Shown here in pieces: positions 7,609 to 17,598 of a DNA stretch of 64,000 bases. The translations under genes and the position numbers were made by a program. The notes beneath the pieces were generated by a model. It did no database searches and was not told the origin of the DNA. It saw only the letters and a program-made list of their open reading frames with translations. The DNA is from Polyangiales bacterium (GTDB lineage Bacteria; Myxococcota_A; Polyangia; Polyangiales; Ga0077539), in contig JBGARZ010000002.1 in assembly GCA_044229975.1 (NCBI GenBank), positions 256,001-320,000 on the forward strand. The letters run 5' to 3'. How positions within the stretch are numbered: the first letter of the stretch is position 1; every line of letters begins with the position of its first letter.

Positions 7609-9750
7609 TCAGCCCGCCTCTTCTGCGATGGGGGCGGCGCCGCGTTGCAGGAGTCGACGCACAGCGCGCGAGAGTTGCGGGTGACGGGTGAGCGACGGGT
7701 CGTCGCCGACGATCTCCGTCGCCGCCTCGCGCGCTGCGACCATGAGCGCAGCATCGCGCACCGGGTCGGCGAAGCGCAGCGTCAGATCGGCGCCCGACTG
7801 TCGCTCACCGAACCACTCCCCTGCCCCGCGCCGCGCGAGATCGCGCTCCGCGAGCACGAAGCCGTCGGAGCAGCCCGCGATCTCCTCCAGTCGCGCGTTG
7901 GTCTCTTCTGCCTCGGCCTCGGGGACGAGCAGACAGGCCGCGCGTTGGCCCCCGCGACCGACTCGACCGCGGAGCTGATGCAACTGCGCCACCCCGAAGA
8001 ACTCCGCCCCCAGCACCACCATCAGGTTGGCCTCTGGCACGTCGAGGCCGACCTCCACGACGGTGGTTCCGATGAGCAGCGGGTGCGTGCCGCGGCGGAA
8101 GGCATCGAGCGCATCCTTCTGCGCGTCGGCCGTCATTCGCCCGTGAAGCACCACGATGCGATCGCGGCCCAGCGCCTCGCCCAGCCACGACTCTGCATCG
8201 GCGACACCCGTTCGCGGGCCCTCCTCCTCGTCGGCCATCCCGTCGATGCGCGGAACCACCACGAACACCCGCCCCCCCGCGTCGAGCGCTCGCTCGATGG
8301 TGCGCTGCACGAAGGCCCGATCATCGGCCTTCACCACCCGCGTCGTCACGGGCTGCCGGTTGGCGGGTCGCTCGGCGAGCGTCACGAGGTCGAGGTCGCC
8401 GTAGCGCGCGAGCGCGAGGGTGCGAGGGATGGGCGTGGCCGACAGCACCAGCAGGTGGGGACTGGGCGATCGACCCGCGACCATGGCCAGCCGCTGCGCC
8501 ACGCCGAAGCGGTGCTGCTCGTCGATGACCACGAGGTCGAGCGCGGGAGGCGTTCCGCCCTCTTCGAGGATCGCGTGGGTGCCCACGACCATCCGCACCA
8601 GACCCTCGGCGATGACCTTCTCCGCCTGCCGCCGGGCGCGCGCCGTGGTCGACCCGAGCAGCACCGCCATGGGGCCCGCGTCGCCCGCGAGACCGCGCTC
8701 CAGGGTCTTCGCGTGCTGCGCCGCCACGAGGGTCGTCGGGCAGAGCCACGCGACGCTCCCACCGCCGCGCAGCACCGCCAGCGACGTGGCGAGGGCGACG
8801 GCGGTCTTGCCGGACCCGACATCGCCGACCAGCAAGCGTCGCATCGGCTGACCGCTCGCAAGGTCGCCCAGGAGCGTGTCGATGGCGCTGCGCTGACCGG
8901 CGGTGAGCGAGAGGCCGAGGCGCTGTCCGGTGAGGTCGGCGACGCTTGATGTGTCGGTGAACACCCGCGCGCCGCCGACGGTGCGGCGGGTGCGTTCGTG
9001 GGCCACGCTGACGGCGAGGAGTTCTTCGAAGGCGAGGCGGCGGTGGGCCTCGCTGCGGCCCTCGACGAGCGCGGCGAGGACCTCGGGCGTGACCGATCCA
9101 TCGGGCGCGTGGAGGAGCTTGAGCGAGGCGGGTGCGGACGGCAGCGAGAGCGCGCGGGCGACGGGCGCGGGGACCGGGTCACCCCAGCGGGCGATGCCGG
9201 TGAGCGCGGCGGCGACGATGCGGGCAATGGTTCCGGGCGGGACGCTGCCGATGCCCGCGTAGACGGGCTCGATGGCGCGCGAGCGGGTGCCGGGCGCGAG
9301 CACCTTGGGCTGCACCAGCTCGGGGCCGTTGGGCTGCTGCTTGATGGTACCGGTGAGGCGCACCGTCATGCCGGGCGCGAGCCGCGCGGACATGCCCGCC
9401 TTCGCGTGGAAGAACACCGCGCGCAGCACGGTCGTACCGCGGGGCTCGCGCAGCGCGAGGGTGAGCCGACGGGCGCGCGGGTTGCCCGCGAGGCGGGCGT
9501 CTTCGATGAAGCCCTCTACGGAGACCAGCGTGCCCGACTCGGCGTGGCGCACCCGGCGCCAGTCGTCGGCGCCGCGCAGGTCGAGGTAGCGGCGCGGGAG
9601 GTGCGCGAGGAGGTCGCCCACGGTCGCGAAGCCGCGCGCGCGGAGCACGGTCGCGACGGTCGGACCGACGTGCAACACGCTCTCGATGGGCGCGTCCTGG
9701 AGGTCACCCTCCGGGGGAGGAACGGTCGCGACGACGGGTCGTTCCTTCAT
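7609..9750 (-). CDS. recG: ATP-dependent DNA helicase RecG
   Basis: RLLVGDVGSGKT, DEQHRFG, SATPIPRT, QLHQLRGRVGRG, and an N-terminal OB/wedge region. Confidence 0.95.
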   Translation of the reverse strand: MKERPVVATVPPPEGDLQDAPIESVLHVGPTVATVLRARGFATVGDLLAHLPRRYLDLRGADDWRRVRHAESGTLVSVEGFIEDARLAGNPRARRLTLALREPRGTTVLRAVFFHAKAGMSARLAPGMTVRLTGTIKQQPNGPELVQPKVLAPGTRSRAIEPVYAGIGSVPPGTIARIVAAALTGIARWGDPVPAPVARALSLPSAPASLKLLHAPDGSVTPEVLAALVEGRSEAHRRLAFEELLAVSVAHERTRRTVGGARVFTDTSSVADLTGQRLGLSLTAGQRSAIDTLLGDLASGQPMRRLLVGDVGSGKTAVALATSLAVLRGGGSVAWLCPTTLVAAQHAKTLERGLAGDAGPMAVLLGSTTARARRQAEKVIAEGLVRMVVGTHAILEEGGTPPALDLVVIDEQHRFGVAQRLAMVAGRSPSPHLLVLSATPIPRTLALARYGDLDLVTLAERPANRQPVTTRVVKADDRAFVQRTIERALDAGGRVFVVVPRIDGMADEEEGPRTGVADAESWLGEALGRDRIVVLHGRMTADAQKDALDAFRRGTHPLLIGTTVVEVGLDVPEANLMVVLGAEFFGVAQLHQLRGRVGRGGQRAACLLVPEAEAEETNARLEEIAGCSDGFVLAERDLARRGAGEWFGERQSGADLTLRFADPVRDAALMVAAREAATEIVGDDPSLTRHPQLSRAVRRLLQRGAAPIAEEAG

Positions 9751-9783
9751 CGGTCGGCGGGTGAGCGGGAGTGGATCTGGCGC

Positions 9784-10266
9784 TCAGCCCTTGAAGCTGA
9801 CTTCGAGCACCTCGTAGGTGCGCTTGCCGCCGGGCGTCTGCACGTTGACCTCGTCGCCGGCCTCGCGCCCGATGAGCTGCTTGGCGATGGGCGACGCGAT
9901 GGAGATGGAGCCGCGCGCGATGTCGGCCTCGGACGGCCCCACGATGCGGTAGGTGACCTCCTCGCCGGTGTCGCTGTTGCTGATGCGAACCGTCGCGCCG
10001 AAGGTGACCTTGGAGCCCTTGAGCTTCGTCGTGTCGATGATCTCGACGCGCCCCATGATGGACTCGAGCTCCGCGATGCGGCCCTCGATGAAGCCCTGCT
10101 TCTCCTTGGCCGCGTGGTACTCGGCGTTTTCCCTCAGGTCGCCGTGCTCGCGCGCCGTCGCGATCTCTTGAATGACCTTCGGGCGCTGCACCGACTTCAG
10201 GTCGCGCAGCTCATCGGTGTGGCGCTGGTGACCTTCGGGCGTGATGGGGACGGTGCCGGTGCTCAT
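9784..10266 (-). CDS. greA: Transcription elongation factor GreA
   Basis: AREHGDLRENAEYHAAK and ISIASPIAKQLIG. The start is taken at ATG 10266; the upstream extension in the ORF track is spurious. Confidence 0.95.
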   Translation of the reverse strand: MSTGTVPITPEGHQRHTDELRDLKSVQRPKVIQEIATAREHGDLRENAEYHAAKEKQGFIEGRIAELESIMGRVEIIDTTKLKGSKVTFGATVRISNSDTGEEVTYRIVGPSEADIARGSISIASPIAKQLIGREAGDEVNVQTPGGKRTYEVLEVSFKG

Positions 10267-10330
10267 GGTTCCACTCTGGTACCAGAACAGTGCCCCTTCG
10301 CAAGCAATGCTTTCGACGGCCGCGCCCGCG

Positions 10331-11617
10331 CTATCGCTGGCCCGCGCAGGTGAAGCGCGCGACCTCGGCGCCGCCCTCTCCAACGCGTCCGATCCACGCC
10401 GTCGCCCGCTCGTCGACCCACGTCGGCAAGGCCGCCCCCAGCGCCGGCTCGACCCACGCGGACAGCGCTCCCTGCTGAGGTCGCCCCGACGCATCCACGC
10501 CCCGGTGCCGCACCTCCACACGCTCGCCCACGCGCTCACGCCACCAGATCTCGACGGACGCTCCCGGACCCAGCGCGCGCGTGACTCGCGGCGCTCCCGT
10601 GGGGTTGGCGCCGTCATCGGAGAGCACCGCGACGTCGCCTGCGTGCGTCAACCCGGCAGGCCCGACATCGACGCGCACTGCGCGCACCTCGCCGCCGTCT
10701 CCGCGCCCCTCGCTGTCACTCGGGCCGCCGCCACGAAACGCCACCCACACCGCATCGGAGCCCGCGAGCGCCGCGAGGCCGAAGTGGTGATCGACCGCGC
10801 GCGTCACCCGTAGCGGCACGCCCAGGGGCGCACCTGTTGTGCTGACCGCGACGCCCCAGACATCCGTCGCCGTGTCGTTGGACTCCGACGCGTCCACGTC
10901 CCTCGCCGTCAGCCAGAACACCGCCGCGCGCCCGCCCGGCAACGCCACGACGGTCGGGTCGGTCGCGTCTTGCGCGGCGGGCGAGAGCGCGCGCGGAGGA
11001 CCGCAGCGGAGGCCCGTCGGCGTGGGCGTCGCGACCTGCACGCGAATGCTTCCGGCGGCGGGCGCGGGGCCGTCCTCGTCCCACGCGACGATCCATCCAT
11101 GGGCGAGTCCCGCGAGCGCGAGCGAGAGACCCTCGTCCCTCCCCTCGGGCACCACGCAGCGACCGGCGTCTCCGTCCGCGGTCCAGACGATGTGTTCGCG
11201 CACTGCCATTCCGGAGCGCACCCAGGCCGCCGCGAGGGCGCCCGTCCCGTCGACGGCCAGCACGGGGTCGGACCGCTCGCCGACGCCGCTGCTCACCCGA
11301 CCGACGGTGGGGTCGGGGTACGACCAGTGCCCGAGCGAGTCGGCGCCCGAGACGCTCCAGAAGGTCCTGACCCCGCGGGCACCCGGCGCGATGACCAGCG
11401 CTTCGAGGCCGCCGTCGGCCGCCTGTCCGAGCGTGGGAATCGGCGTGACTCCCAACCGACGACACGCCGTCCGCACCGGAGGAGCGTCCAGGCGGGGAGA
11501 CGGAAGAATGGGGTCGTCGCCCTCGCCCGCGTCGTCGGCGAACACGGGCGGCGGGCGGTGACAGCCGCGGCCGCAGCCTGTGGTGAGAAGCGCCAGCATG
11601 AGCGTCCAGACCCGCAT
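10331..11617 (-). CDS. Hypothetical lipoprotein, probable beta-propeller
   Basis: Lipobox-like LLTTGC after a hydrophobic stretch; repeated short beta-strand patterns (AAAW, IVAW, AVFW, WVAF). Confidence 0.6.
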   Translation of the reverse strand: MRVWTLMLALLTTGCGRGCHRPPPVFADDAGEGDDPILPSPRLDAPPVRTACRRLGVTPIPTLGQAADGGLEALVIAPGARGVRTFWSVSGADSLGHWSYPDPTVGRVSSGVGERSDPVLAVDGTGALAAAWVRSGMAVREHIVWTADGDAGRCVVPEGRDEGLSLALAGLAHGWIVAWDEDGPAPAAGSIRVQVATPTPTGLRCGPPRALSPAAQDATDPTVVALPGGRAAVFWLTARDVDASESNDTATDVWGVAVSTTGAPLGVPLRVTRAVDHHFGLAALAGSDAVWVAFRGGGPSDSEGRGDGGEVRAVRVDVGPAGLTHAGDVAVLSDDGANPTGAPRVTRALGPGASVEIWWRERVGERVEVRHRGVDASGRPQQGALSAWVEPALGAALPTWVDERATAWIGRVGEGGAEVARFTCAGQR

Positions 11618-11770
11618 CGCGCCGCATCTTGCGCGAGGTCGTGGGACACCGCGCAAAGAACTTCGTCAGATTCTTGATGAGCGCACCCGAAGCACGCTAG
11701 CGGCCCACTCGGCGGTTGCGAGAGGCCGGTCGTGGCCCGCGGCAACACGCAGAGGGAGTCGTCTGCGACC

Positions 11771-12424
11771 ATGCGCAAGCTGGTGCTCGGTGCGGTGTTG
11801 GTTCCGGTGTTGGCGGTGGTTGCGGTGCGCGGTGCGCGGTCTCCGAGAGACGCTCACGCAGCCTCGGCCCGTGACGGCGTGGCGCTCGCCGTGAGCCGCG
11901 CCCTGGAGGGTCGCTTCGTGGCACCCGCGGCGCGCACCGCCAGCGGAACGCGTCCGGCCGTCGCCCGCCGCGTCTGCGAGGTGACCGCCCCCAACCTCGG
12001 CGAGCACGTCTTCTACCTGGAGGACGCCTTCGCCTCGTCGCCGCAGCGACCCTTCGCGTCCGCGTTGCTCATCGTGACGCCCGTCGACGGCACCCACGCG
12101 CGCATCGCCGAGCTCCGCCCGCGCGACACCGCGGCCCTCGCCGGCACCTGCGACCGCGCGAGCACCACCGCCCGCGCCGCGCCGGTCATGGCCGAGCCCG
12201 GCTGCGTCATGAACGCCGAGGTGCGCGCCCACGGTCTCACCGCCCGCACCGAAGGCGACCGCTGCCCGTCGGTGCTCAACGGCGCCCACCACCGCGCGCG
12301 AACGCTCACCGTCGACGGGGACTCTCTCGCCGTCCTCGACCTCGGCCTCACCCGCTCCGGCGCCATCGCGTGGGGAGATCCGGCCGCGCCCGTCCGCTAT
12401 CGACGCCTGCCCGCTGCACGCTGA
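11771..12424 (+). CDS. Secreted CpcT/CpeT-like (bilin lyase family) protein, degenerate
   Basis: N-terminal signal-like segment. The pattern VFYLED..SPQRPF..., PGC, GDRCPSVLNGA, LAVLDLG...AWG resembles the CpcT/CpeT family layout. Confidence 0.6.
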   Translation: MRKLVLGAVLVPVLAVVAVRGARSPRDAHAASARDGVALAVSRALEGRFVAPAARTASGTRPAVARRVCEVTAPNLGEHVFYLEDAFASSPQRPFASALLIVTPVDGTHARIAELRPRDTAALAGTCDRASTTARAAPVMAEPGCVMNAEVRAHGLTARTEGDRCPSVLNGAHHRARTLTVDGDSLAVLDLGLTRSGAIAWGDPAAPVRYRRLPAAR

Positions 12425-12481
12425 TCGACGCCCGGCGTCCGTCACCCCACGACGGACGGGCGGAGGGTATTCTCCGCGCCG

Positions 12482-14611
12482 ATGCGCCTCCTCCCGCTCG
12501 CTCCCGTTGTTCTTACCTTTGGCTGTATGACCGCGACGCCCGCTCCCGACGCGGGAGACGCGCAGACGCCTGACGTGCCCTTCGCCGACGACCTCGGTAC
12601 CCCGAAGCCCGACGTCGGCACGGTGATGGACGCGGGCATCGACGCCGGATTTCCGCAGGACGTGGTCGTCGAGCCGAGGGACGTACCGCCGCCGCGCGAT
12701 GTGCCGCCGGTCGATCCGACCGTTGCGCGCTGGGTGCTGCCCCGTCCCGCCGATGGTGACTTCCACGAAGCCTTCGCGCTCCCGTGGCCCAACGACATCG
12801 CGCGCGATGCCGAGGGCAAGCTCGACCTCACGTTCTTCCCGAGCGAGGGCGCCCATCCGCTCGTGACGCAGTACCTCCGCGCCTTCAACCACCGCCTCGC
12901 GGGCTTCTCTCCCGCTGGCGCGATCTACTTCACCTTCGGCGCCAACCTCGACCCGGCCACCCTCCCCGCCGACGCCGCCTCCACGCGCAGCGCCGAGTCG
13001 CCGCTGCAGCTCCTCGACGTCGACCCGCGCAGCCCCACCCGCGGCGCGCGCATCCCGCTCCAGTGGTTCGTGCGCGAGGCGGCGACCCGCTACTGGCCCG
13101 CCCACTCGCTCGCCGTCGCGCCGGTGTTCGGCTTCCCGATGCGCCCGGGCACCCGCTATGCCCTCGTGATCACCGACGCGCTCCGCACCGCTGGCGGAAC
13201 GCCGTTTCGCCGCGACGTCGACCTGCAGCGCATGCTCTTCGACGACTCGACCACCGACCCGGTGATCCGCGCGGCGCGCGACGTCTACGCGCCCGCCCTG
13301 GCCGAACTGGAGCGCGCCGGGGTCACGCGCGAGCATGTGCTGTCGGTCACGACCTTCACCACCGACGATCCGACGGTGGAGTTCTTCCGGGCGGCGGACT
13401 GGATACACCGCGCGGGTGCCGAGCCTGCGCTCATGGACCTCGGTGACCCGGCCGACGGCGCGGACTTCGTGACCCTGCGCGGCCACTACGGCCCCAATCT
13501 CATCTTCCAGACCGGGCCTTCGCCCTACTCGGTCCAGGGGTCCGGGGACTTCACCCTCGACGCCGACGGCACGCCCGTCCAGCAGCGCACGGAAAACGTC
13601 CGCTTCGCCCTCACGCTCCCGCACACGCCGATGCCCGCGAGCGGTTACCCCGTCGCCATCTACGCGCACGGCACGGGCGGCGACTACCAGAGCTTCATCC
13701 GCGATCGCACGGCCGCCGCCCTCGCCGCGCAAGGCGTCGCGGTCATCGGCTTCGACCAGATCTTCCACGGCGAGCGCGCGGCCGCGGGAACCTCACCCGA
13801 GAGCGCGTTCTTCAACTTCACCAACCCCAGCGCGGGGCGCACCAACAACCGCCAGGCCGCCCTCGACCTCGTGCAGGCGGGGCGCTTCGCGCGGCGGTTC
13901 ACCTTCCCGCTGCGCCTCGGTGACGCGGGCGCCGTCACGGTGCGCTTCGACCCCGCGCACGTGATGTTCTTCGGTCACTCGCAGGGTGGGCTCAACGGGC
14001 CGCTCTGGCTCGCGGCCGACGACGGAGCGAGCGCCGCGGTGCTCTCCGGCGCGGGCGGCTCCATCGCCATCGCGCTGCTGGAGAAGACCGAGCCCATCAA
14101 CATCCCCAACCTCATCACCGCCGCGCTCGGTCTGTCTCGTGGGGAGTTCGTCGAGCTCCATCCCGTGGTGTCCCTGCTGCAGATGCTGGTCGACCCCTCC
14201 GACCCGCAGCACTACGGGCGCTTCATCATCCGCGAGCCGCGGCCGACCATGCGTCCGGCGCACGTCTACCAGACGCAGGGCTTCGTCGATCACTACGCGC
14301 CGCCGGCGGGCATCGCGGCGCTGGCGCTCACCATCGGGCTGCCCCTCACGTTGCCCGTGTACCACGCCGAGCTCGGCCCGACGCTGGTGGGCGGTCCGCT
14401 CGCGCGGCTGCCGCTGCGGGGCAACCTCGGGACGATGGCCGCGCCCGTCAGCGGATCGTGGATGCAGTTCGAGTCCGAGGTGGGCCGCGACGGTCACTTC
14501 GTGGTGTTCGACATCCCCGCGGCGCGGCTGAGGGCAGCGGCGTTTCTCGGCACGGCGGCGCGCGACCCGGCGGGGATTCCGACGGTGCTCGACGAGGTGA
14601 TGGGGGAGTAG
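12482..14611 (+). CDS. Lipoprotein alpha/beta hydrolase (lipase-like)
   Basis: Lipobox TFGC, YAHGTGG oxyanion region and nucleophile elbow GHSQG. Confidence 0.8.
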   Translation: MRLLPLAPVVLTFGCMTATPAPDAGDAQTPDVPFADDLGTPKPDVGTVMDAGIDAGFPQDVVVEPRDVPPPRDVPPVDPTVARWVLPRPADGDFHEAFALPWPNDIARDAEGKLDLTFFPSEGAHPLVTQYLRAFNHRLAGFSPAGAIYFTFGANLDPATLPADAASTRSAESPLQLLDVDPRSPTRGARIPLQWFVREAATRYWPAHSLAVAPVFGFPMRPGTRYALVITDALRTAGGTPFRRDVDLQRMLFDDSTTDPVIRAARDVYAPALAELERAGVTREHVLSVTTFTTDDPTVEFFRAADWIHRAGAEPALMDLGDPADGADFVTLRGHYGPNLIFQTGPSPYSVQGSGDFTLDADGTPVQQRTENVRFALTLPHTPMPASGYPVAIYAHGTGGDYQSFIRDRTAAALAAQGVAVIGFDQIFHGERAAAGTSPESAFFNFTNPSAGRTNNRQAALDLVQAGRFARRFTFPLRLGDAGAVTVRFDPAHVMFFGHSQGGLNGPLWLAADDGASAAVLSGAGGSIAIALLEKTEPINIPNLITAALGLSRGEFVELHPVVSLLQMLVDPSDPQHYGRFIIREPRPTMRPAHVYQTQGFVDHYAPPAGIAALALTIGLPLTLPVYHAELGPTLVGGPLARLPLRGNLGTMAAPVSGSWMQFESEVGRDGHFVVFDIPAARLRAAAFLGTAARDPAGIPTVLDEVMGE

Positions 14612-14648
14612 CGGGCGGGAGGGAGCGGCGGGAGGGAGCGACGTTCGA

Positions 14649-15497
14649 TCAGGCCTTGCCGGCCGCGAACTTCGTGATGGGGCCCATCGCCATGTACTCG
14701 CCCTTGTGGGCCTTCATCGCGTTGAGCACCATCAGGACCAGGTAGCCCAGCCAGAGCAGCGAGCCGATCATGGCGAGGACGCCCGAGATCTGCGCGAGCA
14801 CCACGCTGATGACGTTGAGCAGGATCGACGATCCGATGCAGAACAGGATCGCCTGCCACGCGTGGAAGCGAACCCAGCGACGCTGCGGCTCCTGGGGCTC
14901 GGTCACCGCGATGATGATCGCAATGATCGGGATGATGTACCCGGCGAGCGCCGCGATGTTGTAGTCGAGGCCGAGCGTCTGGGTCTTCATCCCCGGCGTG
15001 TACGGCGGAACGTCACCACCACCACCACCACCCGCCGGCTGCATGGCGTTGCCCGGCGGGGGGCCGAAGCCACCCGGCTGCTGGCCGTACTGCGGCTGCT
15101 GGGGCTGGGCGCCGAAGCCACCCGGCTGCTGGCCGCCGTACTGCTGCTGTTGCGGCTGCTGGGGCTGAGCGCCAAAGCCACCCTGCTGCGGCTGGCCATA
15201 CTGCTGTTGCGGCTGAGCGCCGAAGCCACCCTGCTGCGGCTGGCCATACTGCGGCTGCTGGGGCTGAGCACCGAAGCCACCCGGCTGCGAACCAGGCTGC
15301 ACGGGCTGAAACCCAGGCATCGCCTGCGTCGCGCCGTAGCCAGGGTTTTGCGGCTGTTGCTGCTGCTGGGGGTAACCCGGCTGCGCCCCGTAGCCGCCCT
15401 GCTGTTGCTGCTGGGGGTAACCTTGCTGGGGGAAGCCCGGTTGACCGCCCGGGGGGTAGCCGCCTGGGGGATATCCGCCGCCCGGAGGTTGCTGCAT
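14649..15497 (-). CDS. Membrane protein (DUF4870-like C-terminus) with a long Q/G/P/Y low-complexity N-terminus
   Basis: N-terminal repeats of [15 protein letters not shown]-terminal three-TM module with [14 protein letters not shown] and AMKAHKGEY. Confidence 0.75.
   Translation of the reverse strand: MQQPPGGGYPPGGYPPGGQPGFPQQGYPQQQQQGGYGAQPGYPQQQQQPQNPGYGATQAMPGFQPVQPGSQPGGFGAQPQQPQYGQPQQGGFGAQPQQQYGQPQQGGFGAQPQQPQQQQYGGQQPGGFGAQPQQPQYGQQPGGFGPPPGNAMQPAGGGGGGDVPPYTPGMKTQTLGLDYNIAALAGYIIPIIAIIIAVTEPQEPQRRWVRFHAWQAILFCIGSSILLNVISVVLAQISGVLAMIGSLLWLGYLVLMVLNAMKAHKGEYMAMGPITKFAAGKA
15060..15290 (-). repeat. Imperfect intragenic tandem repeats encoding GGFG(AQPQQ)xQYGQ units
   Basis: About five recurrences of GCCGAAGCCACCC-type blocks interspersed with CTGCTG runs on the + strand. 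Confidence 0.7.
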
Positions 15498-15664
15498 GGT
15501 GAGCTCGTCCTTCCTTACTGCGCCTCGCCCGAACCTTCCGAGCTGAGCCGGGCGGTACCTTCGCAAACGCGCGCCTCGGGTGTCAACGTCCTGCCCTGTT
15601 GAAACGCGCTCGCGGCGGTGGTTGCGTGGGGCGTCCGTTCGGCGCTATGCCCCGCCCGCGAATC

Positions 15665-15883
15665 ATGACGGAGCGCGCGGCGGACATCGCGATCGTGGTC
15701 AACGGTGAGCCGATGTCGGTGGCCGGGGGCCTCACCGTGCGCGCCCTCCTCGACCACCTGGGCATGCCCGGCCTCGCGGCGGTGGAGCGCAACCGTGAGC
15801 TCGTCCCGCGCGCCCGGCACGCGGTCGAGGTCGTCGAAGGCGGCGACGTGTTGGAGATCGTCCACCTCGTGGGCGGCGGCTGA
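15665..15883 (+). CDS. thiS: Sulfur carrier protein ThiS
   Basis: IVVNGE...AVERN...[13 protein letters not shown] with C-terminal GG; directly upstream of thiG. The start is uncertain (15647 or 15665). Confidence 0.92.
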   Translation: MTERAADIAIVVNGEPMSVAGGLTVRALLDHLGMPGLAAVERNRELVPRARHAVEVVEGGDVLEIVHLVGGG

Positions 15884-15898
15884 GCGGAGGTCTTGGAG

Positions 15899-16702
15899 AT
15901 GAGCGACGACGCACTCACCATCGGCGGGCGAACCTTCGGGTCGCGCCTCTTCGTGGGCACCGGGAAGTACCGCGACGTCGACGAGACCCGCGCCGCGCTG
16001 CGCGCCTCCGGGGCGACGGTGGTGACTGTTGCGGTGCGCCGCGTCGACCTCACGCAGACCGGGAAGGGGTCGATGTTCGGCATGCTGCGCGAGGAGGGCT
16101 TCGTGCTGCTGCCCAACACCGCCGGCTGCTACACGGCCGACGACGCCGCGCGCTGCGCGCGCCTCGGGCGAGAGGCCGCCGAGACCGACCTCGTGAAGCT
16201 GGAGGTCATCGGCGACCCGAAGACGCTCTTCCCCGACACCGAGGCGCTCGTGGCGGCTGCGCGTGTGCTGGTGAAGGAAGGCTTCTTCGTGCTGCCGTAC
16301 ACCAACGACGACCCCATCGTGGCGCGCAAGCTCGCCGACGTCGGTTGCCCCGCGGTGATGCCCCTCGGCGCGCCCATCGGCTCGGGCCTCGGCATCCGCA
16401 ACCCGCACAACCTCCGCATCCTCATGGAGACGGTGAGCGTTCCGGTCATCGTCGACGCGGGCGTCGGGACGGCCAGCGACGCCGCCGTCGCGATGGAGCT
16501 TGGCGCCGACGGCGTGCTCATGAACACCGCCATCGCCCTCGCGAAGAACCCCGTGCAGATGGCCGCTGCCATGAAGCTCGGGGTCGAGGCTGGTCGCCTC
16601 GCGTTCCTCGCGGGTCGGATGGAGCGGAAGCTCTACGCCAACGCGAGCTCGCCCCTCACCGGGACCATCGCCTCGTCCGCGTCGCCGCTCTCCATCGAGT
16701 GA
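15899..16702 (+). CDS. thiG: Thiazole synthase ThiG
   Basis: [37 protein letters not shown] and DAGVG. Confidence 0.97.
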   Translation: MSDDALTIGGRTFGSRLFVGTGKYRDVDETRAALRASGATVVTVAVRRVDLTQTGKGSMFGMLREEGFVLLPNTAGCYTADDAARCARLGREAAETDLVKLEVIGDPKTLFPDTEALVAAARVLVKEGFFVLPYTNDDPIVARKLADVGCPAVMPLGAPIGSGLGIRNPHNLRILMETVSVPVIVDAGVGTASDAAVAMELGADGVLMNTAIALAKNPVQMAAAMKLGVEAGRLAFLAGRMERKLYANASSPLTGTIASSASPLSIE

Positions 16703-16950
16703 TGGTCGGCCTTCGTTCGTTCGCGCTGCTCGCTCTCCTGGGAGCGCCGCTCCAGTGCCCGTCGCGCGCCCAGCCTGAGCTCGCCCGCGAGGACGGCCCC
16801 GACGAGGCGCTGTGGACTCTCGCCGAGCGCTTCGGTCGGGAAGGCAACGAGCCAGCGCGGCGCACCACGCTCCAGCAGCTCGTCGAGCGCTACCCGAGCT
16901 CGCGGTACAGCGCTCGCGCGTCGCTGGCCCTCGCCGACGCCGGGCGATGA
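16702..16950 (+). CDS. Small secreted TPR-like protein
   Basis: Its ATG overlaps the thiG TGA and its stop overlaps the thiE ATG (ATGA). It has a signal-like N-terminus and a TPR-like EALWTLAE...LVERYPSSRYSARA segment. Confidence 0.6.
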   Translation: MVGLRSFALLALLGAPLQCPSRAQPELAREDGPDEALWTLAERFGREGNEPARRTTLQQLVERYPSSRYSARASLALADAGR

Positions 16951-17564
16951 ACGCGCTGCCGCGGTTGTGGCTCTGCGCGGACGTCGACGGCGTCGCCGCC
17001 GCCGAGCTCATCGCGCGCACCCGCGACGCCCTTCGGTCGGGGCCCTCGGTGGTCTGGCTGCGCTCTCCCCAGGGTTGGCCCGCCGGGCCGCTCGCCTCGC
17101 TCGCCTCGTCGCTCATGGACGCGGTCGGTGCGAGCGCGTCGCTGTTGTTGGTGGGCGATCGGGTCGACGTTGCGCTCGCGGCCGGCGCGCACGGCGTGCA
17201 CCTCACCGAGCGCAGCCTCGCGGTCTCGGACGTGCGTCGACTCCTCGGCCACGAGCGACTGGTCTCGCAAGCGGTTCATGATGCCGCGGGCATCGACCGG
17301 GCGCGGGTCGGCGTGGATGCCATGGTGCTCTCGCCCTTCGGACCGGTTGCGGGGAAGGGACCTGCCCTCGGTGCACCGGGCTTCGCGGCGCTGCGAAACA
17401 GGGCGCCCGAGGTGTTCACTGTCGCGTTGGGTGGTGTGACCGATGCGGAGGTCGTGACGGCCGCGCTCGCGGCGGGCGCGGATGGGGTCGCGGTGCGGCG
17501 GGCCCTGTTGGAGTCGACCGACGTCGCTGAGGCCGTCGCGGCGCTACGCCGTGCGATGTCTTGA
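16947..17564 (+). CDS. thiE: Thiamine-phosphate synthase (ThiE/TenI family)
   Basis: DRVDVALAAGAHGVHL, ALGGV and AGADGVAV; lies in the thiS-thiG operon. Confidence 0.8.
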   Translation: MNALPRLWLCADVDGVAAAELIARTRDALRSGPSVVWLRSPQGWPAGPLASLASSLMDAVGASASLLLVGDRVDVALAAGAHGVHLTERSLAVSDVRRLLGHERLVSQAVHDAAGIDRARVGVDAMVLSPFGPVAGKGPALGAPGFAALRNRAPEVFTVALGGVTDAEVVTAALAAGADGVAVRRALLESTDVAEAVAALRRAMS

Positions 17565-17598
17565 CCCCTGCGCGCGTTGGTGCGATCGAACCGCGGCC

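Noticed and set aside
14612..14640. Short GCGGGAGGGAGCG duplication between convergent genes
   Set aside because: There are only two short copies in G-rich sequence, with no evidence of function.
15498..15664. TPP riboswitch upstream of thiS, or an SRP-RNA-like element on the minus strand
   Set aside because: Only a partial GCTGAG and a CGGAAGG are present. I could not find the remaining conserved cores or supporting stems.
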